Shown: positions 21,546 through 34,525, numbered from the stretch's first letter. The stretch is 64,000 bases of DNA from Mobula hypostoma (GCF_963921235.1 NC_086108.1:44826001-44890000); one strand, 5' to 3'. The notes: generated by a model from the sequence alone, not told the origin. Numbers and translations: made by a program.

Positions 21546-24500
21546 GACCATAGACCATAAGACAAAGGAGCAGAAGTCGGCCATTCGGCCCATCGAGTCT
21601 GTTCCACCGTTTTATCATGAGCTGATCCATTCTCCCATTTAGTCCCACTCCCCCGCCTTCTCACCATAACCTTTAATGCCCTGGCTACTCAGATACCTAT
21701 CAATCTCTGCCTTGAATACACCCAATGATTTGGCCTCCACTGCTCCCCGTGGCAACAAATTCCATAGATTCACCACCCTCTGACTAAAAAAATTTCTTTG
21801 CATTTCTGTTCTGAATGGGCGCCCTTCAATCCTTAAGTTATGTCCTCTCGTACTAGACTCCCCCCATCATGGGAAACAACTTTGCCACATCCACTCTGTC
21901 CATGCCTTTCAACATTCGAAATGTTTCTATGAGGTCTCCTCTCATTCTTCTAAACTCCAAGGAATACAGTCCAAGAGCGGACAAGTGTTCCTCATATGTT
22001 AACCCTCTCATTCCCGGAATCATTCTAGTGAATCTTCTCTGTACCCTCTCCAACGTCAGCACATCCTTTCTTAAATAAGGAGACCAAAACTGCCCACAGT
22101 ACTCCAAGTGAGGTCTCACCAGCACCTTATAGAGCCTTAACATCACATCCCTGCTCCTATACTCTATTCCTCTAGAAATGAATGCCAACATTGCATTCGC
22201 CTTCTTCACTACCAACTCAACCTGGAGGTTAACCTTAAGGGTATCCTGTACGAGGACTCCCAAGTCCGGTTGCATCTCAGAACTTTGAATTCTTTCCCCA
22301 TTGAACTAATAGTCTGCCCATTTATTTCTTCTGCCAAAGTGCATAACCATACACTTTCCAACATTGTACTTCATTTGCCACTTCTTTGCCCATTCTTCCA
22401 ATCTATCCAAGTCTCTCTGCAGACTCTCCATTTCCTCAGCATTACTGGTCTCTCCACCTATCTTTGTATCGTCAGCAAACTTAGCCACAAAGCCATCTAT
22501 TCCATAATCCAAATCGTTGATGTACAATGTAAAAAGAAGCGGCCCCAACATGGACCCCTGTGGAACACCACTGGTAACCGGCAGTCAACCAGAATAGGAT
22601 CCCTTTATTCCCACTCTCTGTTTCCTGCCAATCAGCCAACGCTCTATCCACGTATGTAACTTTCCCGTAATTCCATGGGCTCTTATCTTGTTAATGTTAC
22701 GTACCCCGTAACTGGGTTGCCAAACCAGCAGAAATGGACCACGTAGTTGGAGTCTGGACTACTGGAACTAAGTAAGTTTTATTAAAGAAATAAGTAACAC
22801 AGTACTCTAATAGTAAGGATATAAATGCAACAGGTTAGCAATGATAACACACACACGTACACAGAACTAGGATAATAGGATCAATCAAGCTCTATCGCAG
22901 TCTGCGGGTAAAATGATCAGTCTCAAGTGACGCAGAGTTCAGTTCAGTTTAGTTCAGTTCGCAGTAATCGCTGTTATGCTGTTGGGGAGTGAGAGAGAGC
23001 GAATGATGATATTCAAATCGGATTCAAAGAGACCTTTGATATTCCTCGCAGTTAGCTTTCAGGCGAGCCCTTTGTAATGTCTTCTGAGGTCACCGACTGT
23101 GACCCCTCTGTTCCTGATACGATCGTTCTTCTGCGGTGAACCCAGCACCCAGGCAAGGGCGGACACAGACTCCAGGTTCCCGCCGATCGTACCTTTTCAC
23201 CCTGTGCGTCCATGGTCGGTCCCGCGACCAGACCTCCAAAACTCCCACCAACTTGTGGGGGGGGGGGCACCGCACTTCCAGGGTCTCGTTATCTCGTGGT
23301 GTCATGGTGTGTCGCTTGCCTTAGCGAACCTGTTCCTTTTATCCCCCTGCTGGGGTATCACCGTCCATCAAACTTCCAACAATTCAGGTTCAAAGCAACC
23401 GGTCTGACAATACTCGGAACTGTCTCTTTTCGTTAAACTCTCTCGTCTCTCATATTAGCATTTTGAAGGTTTCTCTCTTTGTCTCTCTCTTATCAGCATC
23501 AATCTTCTGATAACTTGGTCTTTTGTCACATTAAGTAGCCTCATGTGTGGCACCTTGTCAAAAGCCTTCTGAAAATCCAAATATACAACATCCACTGCAT
23601 CTCCCTTGTCTAGCCTACTGGTAATTTCCTCAAAAAATTGTAATAGGTTTGTCAGGCAGGATTTTCCTTTAAGGAATCCATGCTGAGTTCTACCTATCTT
23701 GTCATATACCTCCAGGTACTCTGTAACCTCATCCTTGGCAATCGACTTCAACAACTTCCCAACCACCGATGTCAAGCTAACAGGTCTATAATTTCCTTTT
23801 TGCTTCCTTGCCCGCTTCTTAAATAGCGGAGTGACATTTGCAATCTTCCAGTCCTCCGGAACCATGCCAGAATCTATCGACTTTTGAAGATCATCACTAA
23901 TGCCTCCTCAATCTCCACAGCTACTTCCTTCAGAACACGGGGGTACATTCCATCTGGTCCGGGAGATTTATCTATCTTTAGGCTATTCAGCTTCCTGAGT
24001 GCTTTCTCTGTCGTAATTGCGACTGCGCACAATTCTCTTCCCTGCCACCCTTGAGTGTCCGGTATACTGCTGATGTCTTCCTCAGTGAAGACTGATGCAA
24101 AATACTCGTTCAATTCCTTCGTCATCTCCTTATCTCCCATTACAATTTCTCCAGCGTCATTCTCTATCAGTCCTATATCTACTCTCACCTGTCTTTTACT
24201 CTTTATATACTTGAAAAAGCTTTTAGTATCCTCTTTGATATTATTTGCTAGCTTCCTTTCATAGTTAATCTTTCCTAATGACCTTCTTAGTTTCCTCTTG
24301 TAAGGTTTTAAAAACTTCCCAATCCTCTGTCTTCCCACTAATTTTTGCTTCCTTGTATGCCCTCTCCTTTGCTTTAACTTTGGCTTTGACTTCTCTTGTC
24401 AACCACGGTTGCATCCTGTTTCCATTCAAAAATTTCTTCTTTTTTGGAATATACCTGTCTCGCACCTTCCTCACTTCTCGCATAAACTCCAGCCACTGCT

Positions 24501-25855
24501 GCTCTGCCGTCTTTCTCGCCAGTGTCCCTTTCTAGTCAACTTTGGCCAGTTCCTCTCTCATGCCACTGTAATTTCCTTTACTCCACTGAAATACCGACAC
24601 ATCAGCTTTCTGCTTCTCTTTTTCAAATTTCACAGTGCATTCAATCATGTTATTATCACTGCCTCCTAAGGATTCCTTCACCTCAATCTCTCTAATCACC
24701 TCCGGTTCATTACACAATACCTAATCCAGTACAACCGACCCCCTAGTGGGCTCAACAACAAGCTGTTCTAAAAGGCCATCTCGCAGACATTCTACAGATT
24801 CTCTCTCTGGAGATCCAGTGCTGACCTGATTTTCCCAATCCACTCGCGTGTTAAAATTCCCCACAATTATCATAACACTGCCCTTCCGACAAGCCTTTTC
24901 TATTTCCAGTTGTAATTTGTAGTCCACATCACTGCAGCTGTTTGGAGGCCTATAAATAACTGCCATCAGGGACCTTTTACCCCTGCGATTTCTTAGCTCA
25001 ACCCATAAAGATTCTACACCTTCCGATCCTATATCACCTCTTTCTAATGATTTAATATCATTTCTTAACAATAAAGCCACGCCTTCCCCTCTGCCTACCT
25101 TCCTATCCTTCCGATACACCGTGTATCCTTGGACGTTCAGCTCCCAGAGACATGCATCCTTTAGCCATGTGTCATTGATGGCCACAATATCATACCTGCC
25201 AATCTGTAGCTGTACGACAAGATCATCCACCTTATTCCTTATGCTGTGTGCATTTAAGTATAACACCTTAAAACCAGTATTTGGTACTTTTGGCTTTGAT
25301 TTCACTGCAACTTTATTGCACTGCAACTCATCCCAATGGCTACAAATTTGCCCCAACACCTGCCTGTCTTTCCTGACATCTTTACTGCTCACTATCTTAG
25401 ATTTATTTCTGTTTTCCCCTTCCTCCGCTCTGTCATTCCGGTTCCCATCCCCCTGCCAGATTAGTTTAAACCCTCCCTAACAGCTCTCTTAAACTGTCCC
25501 GCCAGGATATTGGTCCCCTTTGGGTTCAGGTGTAACCTGTCCTTTTTGAACAGGTCATACTTCCCCCAGAAGAGATCCCAATTATCCAAGAATCTGAAGC
25601 CCTGCCCCCTGCACCAGTCTCTCAGCCATGCATTCATCTGCCTGATCCTACTATTCTTGCCCTCGCTAGCACGTGGCACAGGTAGAAATCCCAAGATTAC
25701 TACCCTGGAGGTCCTGCTTCTCAGCTTCCTTGCTAACTCCCAGAAATCTCCCTTCAGGACCTCCTTCCTTGTCCTATCTATGTCGTTGGTACCAACATGT
25801 ACCAAGACAACTAGCTGCTCACCCTCCCTCTTCAGAATATTCTGGACCCAATCCG
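21546..25855 (-). mobile_element. CR1 LINE (ORF1 3' part plus ORF2), split by a solo LTR
   Basis: ORF1 esterase (VHVGTND...DRLHLN), APE and RT motifs, TTATGGTC-type tail. Confidence 0.93.
22695..23530 (-). mobile_element. Solo LTR (836 bp), Gypsy/ERV type
   Basis: TGT...ACA termini, TTAA TSD at 22691-22694 and 23531-23534, AATAAA on minus near 22780; removing it restores the CR1 ORF2. Confidence 0.88.
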
Positions 25856-26198
25856 AGGTTGAGTGAGCTTGGCTTTTTCTCCTTGGAGTGATGGAGGATG
25901 AGAGATGACCTGATAGAGGTGTATAAGATGATGAGAGGCTTTAATCATGTTGATAGTCAGAGGCTTTTTCCCGTGGCTGCAATACCTAACACGAGAGTGC
26001 ACAGTTTTAAGGTGCTTGGAAGTAGGTACAGAGGAGATGTCAGGGGTAGGTTTTTTTTTACACAGAGTAGTGAGTGTGTGGAATGGGCTGTCGGCGACTG
26101 GTGGAGGCGGATACAGTGGGGTCTTTAAAGAGACTGCTGGATAGGTATGGAGCTTAGAAAATTAGAGGGCTATGGGTAACCCAAGGTAATTTCTAAAT

Positions 26199-26735
26199 CA
26201 GGAGTCCCCAACCTTTTTTGCACCGCAGACCGGTTTATCATTGACAATATTCTTGCGGACCGGCTGACCCCGGGGGAGGTGGGGGGTGGTAGGGCTGCCA
26301 ACAGACAAGAGTAGCAGTCAAATACGTTGTGTTTACCCCGAGGAAAAACTACAATGACCATGAAGCCTTACGCGGGCACCTGTGTGCGCATGCGTGTACG
26401 TGCCGATTTTTTTCTACAAATGGTTTTTGGCGATTCTGTTCAGTGAAACTACACTGTACATACATTATTTCTACTTTATATAGGCTGTGTATTTATCATA
26501 TCATTCATGCTTTTACTATACGTTAGTGTTATTTTAGGTTTTGTGTTATTTGGTATGATTTGGTAGGTTTTTTTTGGGTCTGGAAACGCTCAAAAATTTT
26601 TCTCATAAAAATTAATGATAGTTGCTTCTTCGCTTTACACCATTTCGGCACGAAAAGTGTCATAGGAAAGCTCTACCTTAGCGGGGGAACTACGGGACAA
26701 GGGCGGTCCTGTATGAGACTGACCAATTTAGCCCA
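26199..26735. mobile_element. hAT-Charlie-type non-autonomous element, one end only
   Basis: CAGGAGTCCCCAACC terminus preceded by TTCTAAAT target-like 8-mer; no matching right TIR seen. Confidence 0.55.
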
Positions 26736-26799
26736 ATAGGGTTCTGAGTTGGATGATCAACCATGATCATACTGAATGGCGGTGAAGGCTCGAAGGGCC

Positions 26800-29700
26800 A
26801 AACGGTTTAGCAGGTAGACGATGGCATCCTCAACTCCTAGTCGGAGCTGGTAGGCGAACTGGAGGGGATCTAAGTGTGGCCTGACCGTAGGCCGGAGCAG
26901 CTCCAGAACAAGTCTCTCCAAGGTCTTCAAGATGTGGGAGGTCAATGCCACCGGTCTGTAGTCATTGAGGCCGCTGGGGCGCGGCGTCTTTGGCACAGGG
27001 ACGAGGCAGGACATCTTCCACAGTACAGGAATCTTCTGGAGCCTCAGGCTCAGGTTGAATACATGGCGAAGTACTCCACATAGCTGAGGGGCACAGGCTT
27101 TGAGCACCCTGGTACTGACACCATTCGGTCCTGCAGCCTTGCTTGGGTTGAGACGTTTCAGCTGTCTTCTCACCTGTTCAGCTGTGAAGCCCACCATGGT
27201 GGTTTCGTTTGGGGAAGGGGTATAGTCATGAGAGCAGGGTGGGGGACTGTGAGGAGAGGTAGGAGGGGAGAGTGGAATATGTGTTGGTTGGGGGCCGACA
27301 ACAGATGACTCATAGAACCATACTCCAAGTGGGGTCTGACCAGGGTCCTATATAGGCTGCAACATTACCATAGAAACCATAACCATAGAAACTACAGCAC
27401 AGAAACAGGCCTTTTGGCCTTTCTTGGCTGTGCCAAACCATTTTCTGCCTAGTCCCACTGACCTGCACACGGACCATATCCCTCCATACACCTCCCATCC
27501 ATGTATCTGTCCAATTTATTCTTAAATGTTAAAAAAGAATCCACCTCGTCTGGCAGCTCATTCCATACTCCCACCACTCTCTGTGTGAAGAAGCCCCCCC
27601 TAATGTTCCCTTTAAACTTTTCCCCCCTCACCCTTAACCCATTTCCTCTGGTTTTTTTCTCCCCTTGCCTCAGTGGAAAAAGCCTGCTTGCATTCACTCT
27701 ATCAATACCCATCATAATTTTATATACCTCTATCAAATCTCCCCTCATTCTTCTACGCTCCAGGGAATAAAGTCCTAACCTATTCAACCTTTCTCTGTAA
27801 CTGAGTTTCTCAAGTCCCGGCAACATCCTTGTAAACCTTCTCTGCACTCTTTCAACCTTATTTGTATCCTTCCTGTAATTTGGTGACCAAAACTGAATAC
27901 AATACTCCAGATTCGGCCTCACCAATGCCTTATACAACCTCATCATAACATTCCAGCTCTTATACTCAATACTTTGATTAATAAAGGCCAATGTACCAAA
28001 AGCTCTCTTTACGACCCTATCTACCTGTGACGCCACTTTTAAGGAATTTTGTATCTGTATTCCCAGATCCCTCTGTTCCACTGCACTCCTCAGTGCCTTA
28101 CCATTAACCCTGTATGTTCTACCTTGGTTTGTCCTTCCAATGTGCAATACCTCACACTTGTCTGTATTAAACTCCATCTGCCATTTTTCAGCCCATTTTT
28201 CCAGCTGGTCCAAGTCCCTCTGCAGGCTCTGAAAACCTTCCTCACTGTGTACTACACCTCCAATCCTTGTATCATCAGCAAACTTGCTGATCCAATTTAC
28301 CACATTATCATCCAGATCATTGATATAGATGACAGATGACAATGGACCCAGCACTGATCCCTGTGGCACACCATTAGTCACAGGCCTCCACTCAGAGAAA
28401 CAATTCTCTACCACCACTCTCTGGCTTCTTCCATCGAGCCAATGTCTAATCCAATTTACCACCTCTCCATGTATACCTAGCCACTGAATTTTCCTAACTA
28501 ACCTCCCATGCGGGACCTTGTCAAAGGCCTTACTGAAGTCCATGTAGACAATATCCACTGCCTTCCCTTCACCCACTTTCCTGGTAACCTCCTCGAAAAA
28601 CTCCAGTAGATTGGTCAACATGACCTACCACGCACAAAGCCATGTTGACTCTCCCTAATAAGTCCCAGTCTATCCAAATGCTTGTAGATTCTGTCTCTTA
28701 GTACTCCCTCCAATAACTTACCTACTACCGATGTTAAACTTACTGGCCTATAATTTCCCAGATTACTTTTCGATCCTTTTTTAAACAACGGAACAACATG
28801 AGCCACTCTCCAATCCTCCAGCACCTCACCTGTAGACAGCGACATTTTAAATATTTCTGCCAGGGCCCCTGCAATTTCAACACTAGTCTCCCTCAAGGTC
28901 CGAGGGAACACCCTGTCAGGTCCCGGGGATTTATCCACTTTAATTTTCCTCAAGACAGCATGGACCTCCTCCTTTTCGATCTGTACAGTTTCCATGATCT
29001 CACTACTTGTTTCCCTTAATTCCATAGACTTCATGCCAGTTTCCTTAGTAAATACAGACGCAAAAAACCTATTTAAGATCTCCCCCATTTCCTTTGGTTC
29101 CACACATAGCTGACCACTCTGATCTTCAAGAGGACCAATTTTATCCCTTGCAATCCTTTTGCTCTTAATATACCTGTCAAAGCTCTTTGGATTATCCTTC
29201 ACTTTGACTGCCAAGGCAACCTCATGTCTTCTTTTAGCCCTCCTGATTTCTTTCTTAAGTATTTTCTTGCACTTCTTATACTCCTCAAGCACCTTATTTA
29301 CTCCCTGCTTCCTATATATGTCATACAACTCCCTCTTCTTCTTTATCAGAGTTGCAATATCCCTTGAGAACCAAGGTTCCTTATTCCTATTCACTTTGCC
29401 TTTAATCCTGACAGGAACATACAAATTCTGCACTCTCAAAATTTCTCCTTTGAAGGCTTCCCACCTACCGATCACATCCTTGCCAGAGAACAACCTGTCC
29501 CAATCCACGCTTTTTAGATCCTTTCTCATTTCTTCCAATTTGGCCCTCCAGTTAAGAACCTCAACCCTAGGACCAGATCTATCCTTGTCCATGATCAAGT
29601 TGAAACTAATGGTGTTATGATCACTGGAACCAAAGTGCTCCCCTACACAGACTTCTGTCACTTGTCCTAACTCGTTTCCTAACAGGAGATCCAATATGGC

Positions 29701-31362
29701 ATCCCCTCTAGTTGGTCCCTCTATATATTGATTTAGAAAACTTTCCTGAACACATTTTACAAACTCTAAACCATCTGGACCCCTAACAGTATGGGAGACC
29801 CAATCAATATATGGAAAATTAAAATCCCCTACCACCACAACTTTATGTTTCCTGCAGTTGCCTGCTATCTCTCTGCAGATTTGCTCTTCCAATTCTTGTT
29901 GACTATTGGGTGGTCTGTAATACAATCCCACTAATGTGGCCATACCTTTCCTGTTTCTCAGCTCCACCCATAAGGACTCAGTAGACAAGCCCTCTAATCT
30001 GTCCAGCCTGAGCACTGCTGTAATATTTTCCCTAACAAGCAATGCTACACCCCCACCCACCTTTCATTCCTCTGCCTCGATCACATCTGAAACATCGGAA
30101 CCCTGGAATATTAAGCTGCCAGTCCTGCCCCCCCCCCCCAGCCCCGTAGCCAAGTTTCACTATTGCTATAATGTCATAATTCCACGTGTCAATCCACGCC
30201 CTCAACTCATCCGCCTTCCCCGCAATACTCCTAGCATTGAAATATATACACCTCAGAAGATTTTTTACCACCACTCACAACCTTTCTGTTAGCGGATTTG
30301 ATTGAACTTTCAACATCATTTATTTTCACCTCAGCCACACTGTCAGCTCTGGCACTCCAGTTCCCATCCCCCTGCAAATCTAGTTTAAAGCCTCCCCAAT
30401 AGCACTAACAAACCTCCCTGAAAGGATATTGGTCCCCCTGTAGTTCAAGTGTAACCCGTCTCTCTTGTACAGGTCCCACCTGCCCCAGAAGAGGTCCCAA
30501 TTATCCTGAAATCTGAAACCCTGCCCCCTATACCAGTTCCTCAACCACTTGTTCATCCTCCAGAGCATCCTATTCCTACCCTCACTGGCATGTAGCACAG
30601 GTAGCAATCCTGAGATTACCACCCTTGAGGTCCTGCTTTTCAACTTCCTACCAAGCTCTCTATACTCACTCTCCAGGACCTCCTCACTCTTCCTTGCTAT
30701 GTCATTGGTACCGATGTGCACCACGACATCTGGCTGATCACCCTCCCACTTCAGAATGTCATGCAAGCGATCAGAGACATCCTTCACCCTGGCACCCGGG
30801 AGGCAACAAACCATCCTGGATTCTCTGTCACGCCCACAGAACCTCCTATATGCACCTCTAACTATCGAGTCCCCTATCACTACCGCTCTCCTCTTTTCCC
30901 CCCTCCCTTCTGCACTGCAGAGCCAGCCTCAGTGCCAGAGATCCGGCTACTGCAGCTTGTCCCAGGTAAGTCATCCCCCTCAACAGTATCCAATGCGGTA
31001 TACTTGTTGTTGAGGGGAATGGCCATAGGGGAACCCTGCTCAGCCTGCCCTTTCCTCTTCCCTCGCCTGACAGTGACCCAATTTCCTGTCCTCTGCTCCT
31101 TTGGCGTAACTACCTCCCTGTAGCTACTATCTATAATCTCCTCATTCTCCCGAATGATCATGTGGGGGATGGGCAGGGGCCACAATGTCAAATCTGTTAA
31201 GGAACAGGTTAAGTTCATTGGCCCTGTCCACACTGCCTTCAGCTCCTCTGTTGCTAGTTTGCCGGAACCCAGTAATGGTCCTCATCCCCCTCCAGACTTC
31301 TCTCATGTTGTTCTGCTGGAGTTTCCACTCAAGCTTCCTCCTGTACCTGTCTTTACCTCTGG
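26800..31362 (-). mobile_element. Rex1/Babar LINE fragment (pieces 26800-27313 and 31158-31362) split by a CR1
   Basis: KAAGPNGVSTRVLKACAPQL...NDYRPVALTS...LDPLQFAY; pieces rejoin at TCAT. Confidence 0.88.
27314..31157 (-). mobile_element. Young, near-intact CR1 LINE (partial ORF1 SGNH esterase plus ORF2 APE-RT)
   Basis: ORF1 IGDSIVRG/VHIGTND/DGLHLN (30380-30880); ORF2 in long open frames of 481 and 390 aa; TTTCTATGG tail. Confidence 0.95.
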
Positions 31363-31415
31363 TAAACAATAACCAATTAACTTATTTTTTCTCTGAAATG
31401 TCGGAAACTTTAGCT

Positions 31416-32030
31416 CAGTGTTTCCCAACCTTTTTTTTTTATCCCACCACCCCCAAAGCACTTTCATACTTGCCAATGCTCCCCCAATGATTATGCTTTA
31501 AATTTTTATTTGTCTTTAAACCCAGATTGCATAGTACCTTTGTACTCTATAGCAGCTTCAATATTAATGTGATCCTTGAGCTTGATGGTTTTTAGCAAGA
31601 GTTGAATTATCTTATTCAAGTTGTGACTACCAATAAAAGCTGACATTTTTGAAAAGTATTTTTGCATCTTCATCATTCTGAATATTGATAATTACTTCTT
31701 GCAATCTCTCTTCCTGTTCTTCCACTTTGCAAAGAAATGGGCTGATTACCCAGTCCAAAATTTCCAGATCATTCAAATCCTTGGCTCGATTCTGAAAGTC
31801 CTTCAGGGACTGCAAGTGTAAGCAGTACTCTTGCAAATCACTGTCTGTGAAACAAAGTGTCATACTTCTCCTGCAGGGAAACAGGACATTCTTCTTCTAG
31901 TGTTTTGCTTATATATTTCCAATTTTCCGATAAGAGTGGACACTGCACTTTTTGCCTGGATTAAATTGAAATTCTCACCCTGCAGTTTCATATTTAGAAT
32001 GTTAATTTACCATGATAATCTAAACACCCA
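31416..32030 (-). mobile_element. hAT-Charlie/Buster transposon 3' fragment
   Basis: CAGTGTTTCCCAACC terminus; YCLHLQSL..DFQNR..DL...ILDWVISPF transposase remnant. Confidence 0.7.
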
Positions 32031-32098
32031 GAGAAAGTATTTTAAAGTCAGGATTGTAGTGCTTGGTACAACACAGAAAGAACCCGAAAGACCCTTAC

Positions 32099-32199
32099 CT
32101 CCTGGAGAGAGAGCATGGAAGACAGAATAGACGACAGCATTGTTTGCACTACACCATATCTGTCCTCTGCAAATGAGGCCGTTACAAGATGAGAAAGGG
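32099..32199 (-). CDS. NDC1: Isolated exon of nucleoporin NDC1 (TMEM48), C-terminal region; possibly a pseudo-exon
   Basis: T tract plus AG at 32201-32200; [34 protein letters not shown] matches the vertebrate NDC1 motif [21 protein letters not shown]...LQE; donor GAG|GTAAGG at 32098; 101 nt. No other NDC1 exon was recognised in the window. Confidence 0.85.
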
Positions 32200-33159
32200 C
32201 TGATTTAAAAAAAAGGACAAGTGAAATTAAATTGAAAAACATTAGATCGAACTTGATCAATCCTTATGGAATGACCTAGCAGAAAAAGTGTTCTATCTAG
32301 AATGTTGCAGGTCAATTAACATTGAAAGTTTGTCAAACTACAGAAATTCCTTGCAAGGATTGATGAATGAGGAAAATATTCTTGGTTTATTCTGGAACCT
32401 GGAGATTCACATTTATTAAACACTATTTAAATTACATCAGTAACATTTTGATCCCCAGAAATTTAGTCCTATTCATAGCTCCAGCATACTTTGCAGAATT
32501 GATGGTAAAGGCCAGTAGGGTAGCCCCTTGTTTATTTGAGATTTTAATCATCCAGTATGCCACTGATTGATTATAACAGTTGGGTGTAATCAATACAAGC
32601 AGATCAGCACAATATAAACACTCAGTGGCAAGCAATGGGGTATATTTAAACAGAAAATCTTGACTCTGTAGACACTTGTAAACTGAAGGGTGGTCAGGAA
32701 AAACAGCAAGTTTAAAATAAAACCAGTGTAATTTGGCTTCTTTTGATCTAATTGAACATATATAAAATAGTTAATGATTTTGATGAATTAGTGAGTAGAT
32801 ACCAAGCAGAATAGTTAGCTAGTAGTATAATTGCTTTATTTGCAAAGGATAATTGGGCCCAAACATGCCAAGAATATCATGTCAAATTGATAACAGATAT
32901 ACCCTTAAATTTTAGGCAGTTCAAGACTCCTGTGCAAATGAAGAACATCTTTGCTGGGGTTTTCTGAACTGCTCTTTAACACTGGGATGGGAATTTCCTT
33001 CAAAATTTTCCAACATTTACAATGGGGAATCTGCTGACTGAGATCTGGAATAGGCACAAATCATTTAATTTCAATAAAGAAGAGTTGCCAAGAAGGGCAA
33101 GGATAAGCTAAATTATATTTAATTTTTAATTGAGTTTGCTTAAAGTTTTTTCTTGTTTA

Positions 33160-33360
33160 GAGATACAGCACAGAACAGGCCTTTCCCGCCCAACAAGCTG
33201 CACCACCCTTCAACCAACCCATTTAACCCGAGCCAATTCACAGGACTATTTACAATGACCAACTAACCTATTAACTGGTACATCTTTGGAATGTGGGAAG
33301 AAACCAGAGCAACCATGTTCACAGAAAGGATATACAACGTCTCACAAAGGACGCCAAAAT
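33160..33360 (-). mobile_element. HE1-like SINE fragment
   Basis: AGATACAGCACAGAACAGGCCTT tail and TCTTTGGAATGTGGGAAGAAACCAGAGCA V-domain on the reverse strand. Confidence 0.6.
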
Positions 33361-34444
33361 GTTTCTTTAAAAAGATTTTAAAAATTAGACTTCAAATCAT
33401 AAATGATTCATTTATTTTTAAAAGTTGGGATATTTCTATACGTTAGGGACATTCAGCAATATATATTTCTAAACATTTAAAGTTACAACAGCTGTCAAAT
33501 CTTCAGGTTATGAATCAACCGGCTTTATATTTTCCCCATTTGTTGATGGAGCATGATATGACCTGACCAACACATGACAGCATGAAGTTGTACAATGCTC
33601 TGCCACACACAGGGTCCGGTCGTTTAGTTGCCTTGATGGACTTAGAAAATACACAGTTGTTGGAAGTAAACTATGGGTCATTGTTCAAGATCAAGATGAG
33701 AAACTGGTTATTTAGATTGAAAATATATGAAAGCCAAAGCATTCTTTGCCGGCTAAGGCATTAATTATAGTTCCCGAAGCTTCTTATCATCAAGTTTTAA
33801 TCCCCTTTCACTAAATTCCACATGCAACCTTATATAATTAATGCTCAAGAGATTGTACAGATTTTTAACATGAAAATATATACATGTTCTTTTGTTTCCT
33901 GTGGCAGTATTTATGCAGATTCAATGAGTGTGTTATTGCCCCTTTACCAGCACAATGACTTCAATATTTAACCAGCTACTTAGTCCACTTCTATGGGAGG
34001 GGATGAATAATAAATAATTGAATGGCAAGGCAGGAAATCAAATTCAAAAAGGGTTGTTTGGAGGCAGTATTTTAGTGGAGTTAAAACAGCTGATAGCCCA
34101 ATTCAGATGCAAGGTACAAAGGTTAAGAATTCAATGACATCAACAACAGACGTAGGCTCTGCAATCTCTTGAAGCTGGTCATGTTCCACAAATTCCTGGC
34201 TAATTTACCTCCAGTCAACCTCTCAACCTTTACCCACATCCTTTGATTTATGTCATCTCCACAAATCTATTGTTCTCATTTTGAATAGGTGTAACAGGGC
34301 ATCCAGCTGAGAATTGCAAGTGTCTGGGGGAAAAATTCTTGTCCACTATTCTAAATAGTTCTTATCCTTTCAGTTAAACTTTCCAGCCTGAGGGAACAAT
34401 TGTTTAGCATATCAAAATTGTGTGCAGTGATCCCTTAATTTTCA

Positions 34445-34525
34445 GCTGCCTGATTTGCTGAGAAGCTCCAGCATTTTGAGTGTGCTGCTTAAGATTTCTA
34501 GCGTCTGCAGAATCTCTTGTGTTCT
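34445..34525 (+). mobile_element. Short Penelope pLTR insertion
   Basis: pLTR end flanked by TTAATTTTCA repeats at 34435-34444 and 34526-34535. Confidence 0.6.

Larger units (their letters stand above)
18335..26198 (+). mobile_element. CR1 LINE (host of nested insertions; pieces 18335-18981, 19649-21545, 25856-26198)
   Basis: APE motifs (VAITETW, GVFYRPPNS, VMGDLNF) and RT motifs (YMDFSKAFD, KFADDTK); sequence rejoins exactly across the insertions. Confidence 0.9.

Noticed and set aside
22691-23534. piggyBac element suggested by the TTAA duplication
   Set aside because: Termini are TG..CA without CCC..GGG TIRs, which fits an LTR.
30380-30880. GDSL/SGNH esterase ORF as a host or horizontally acquired gene
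   Set aside because: It is the known esterase domain of CR1 ORF1, contiguous with ORF2.
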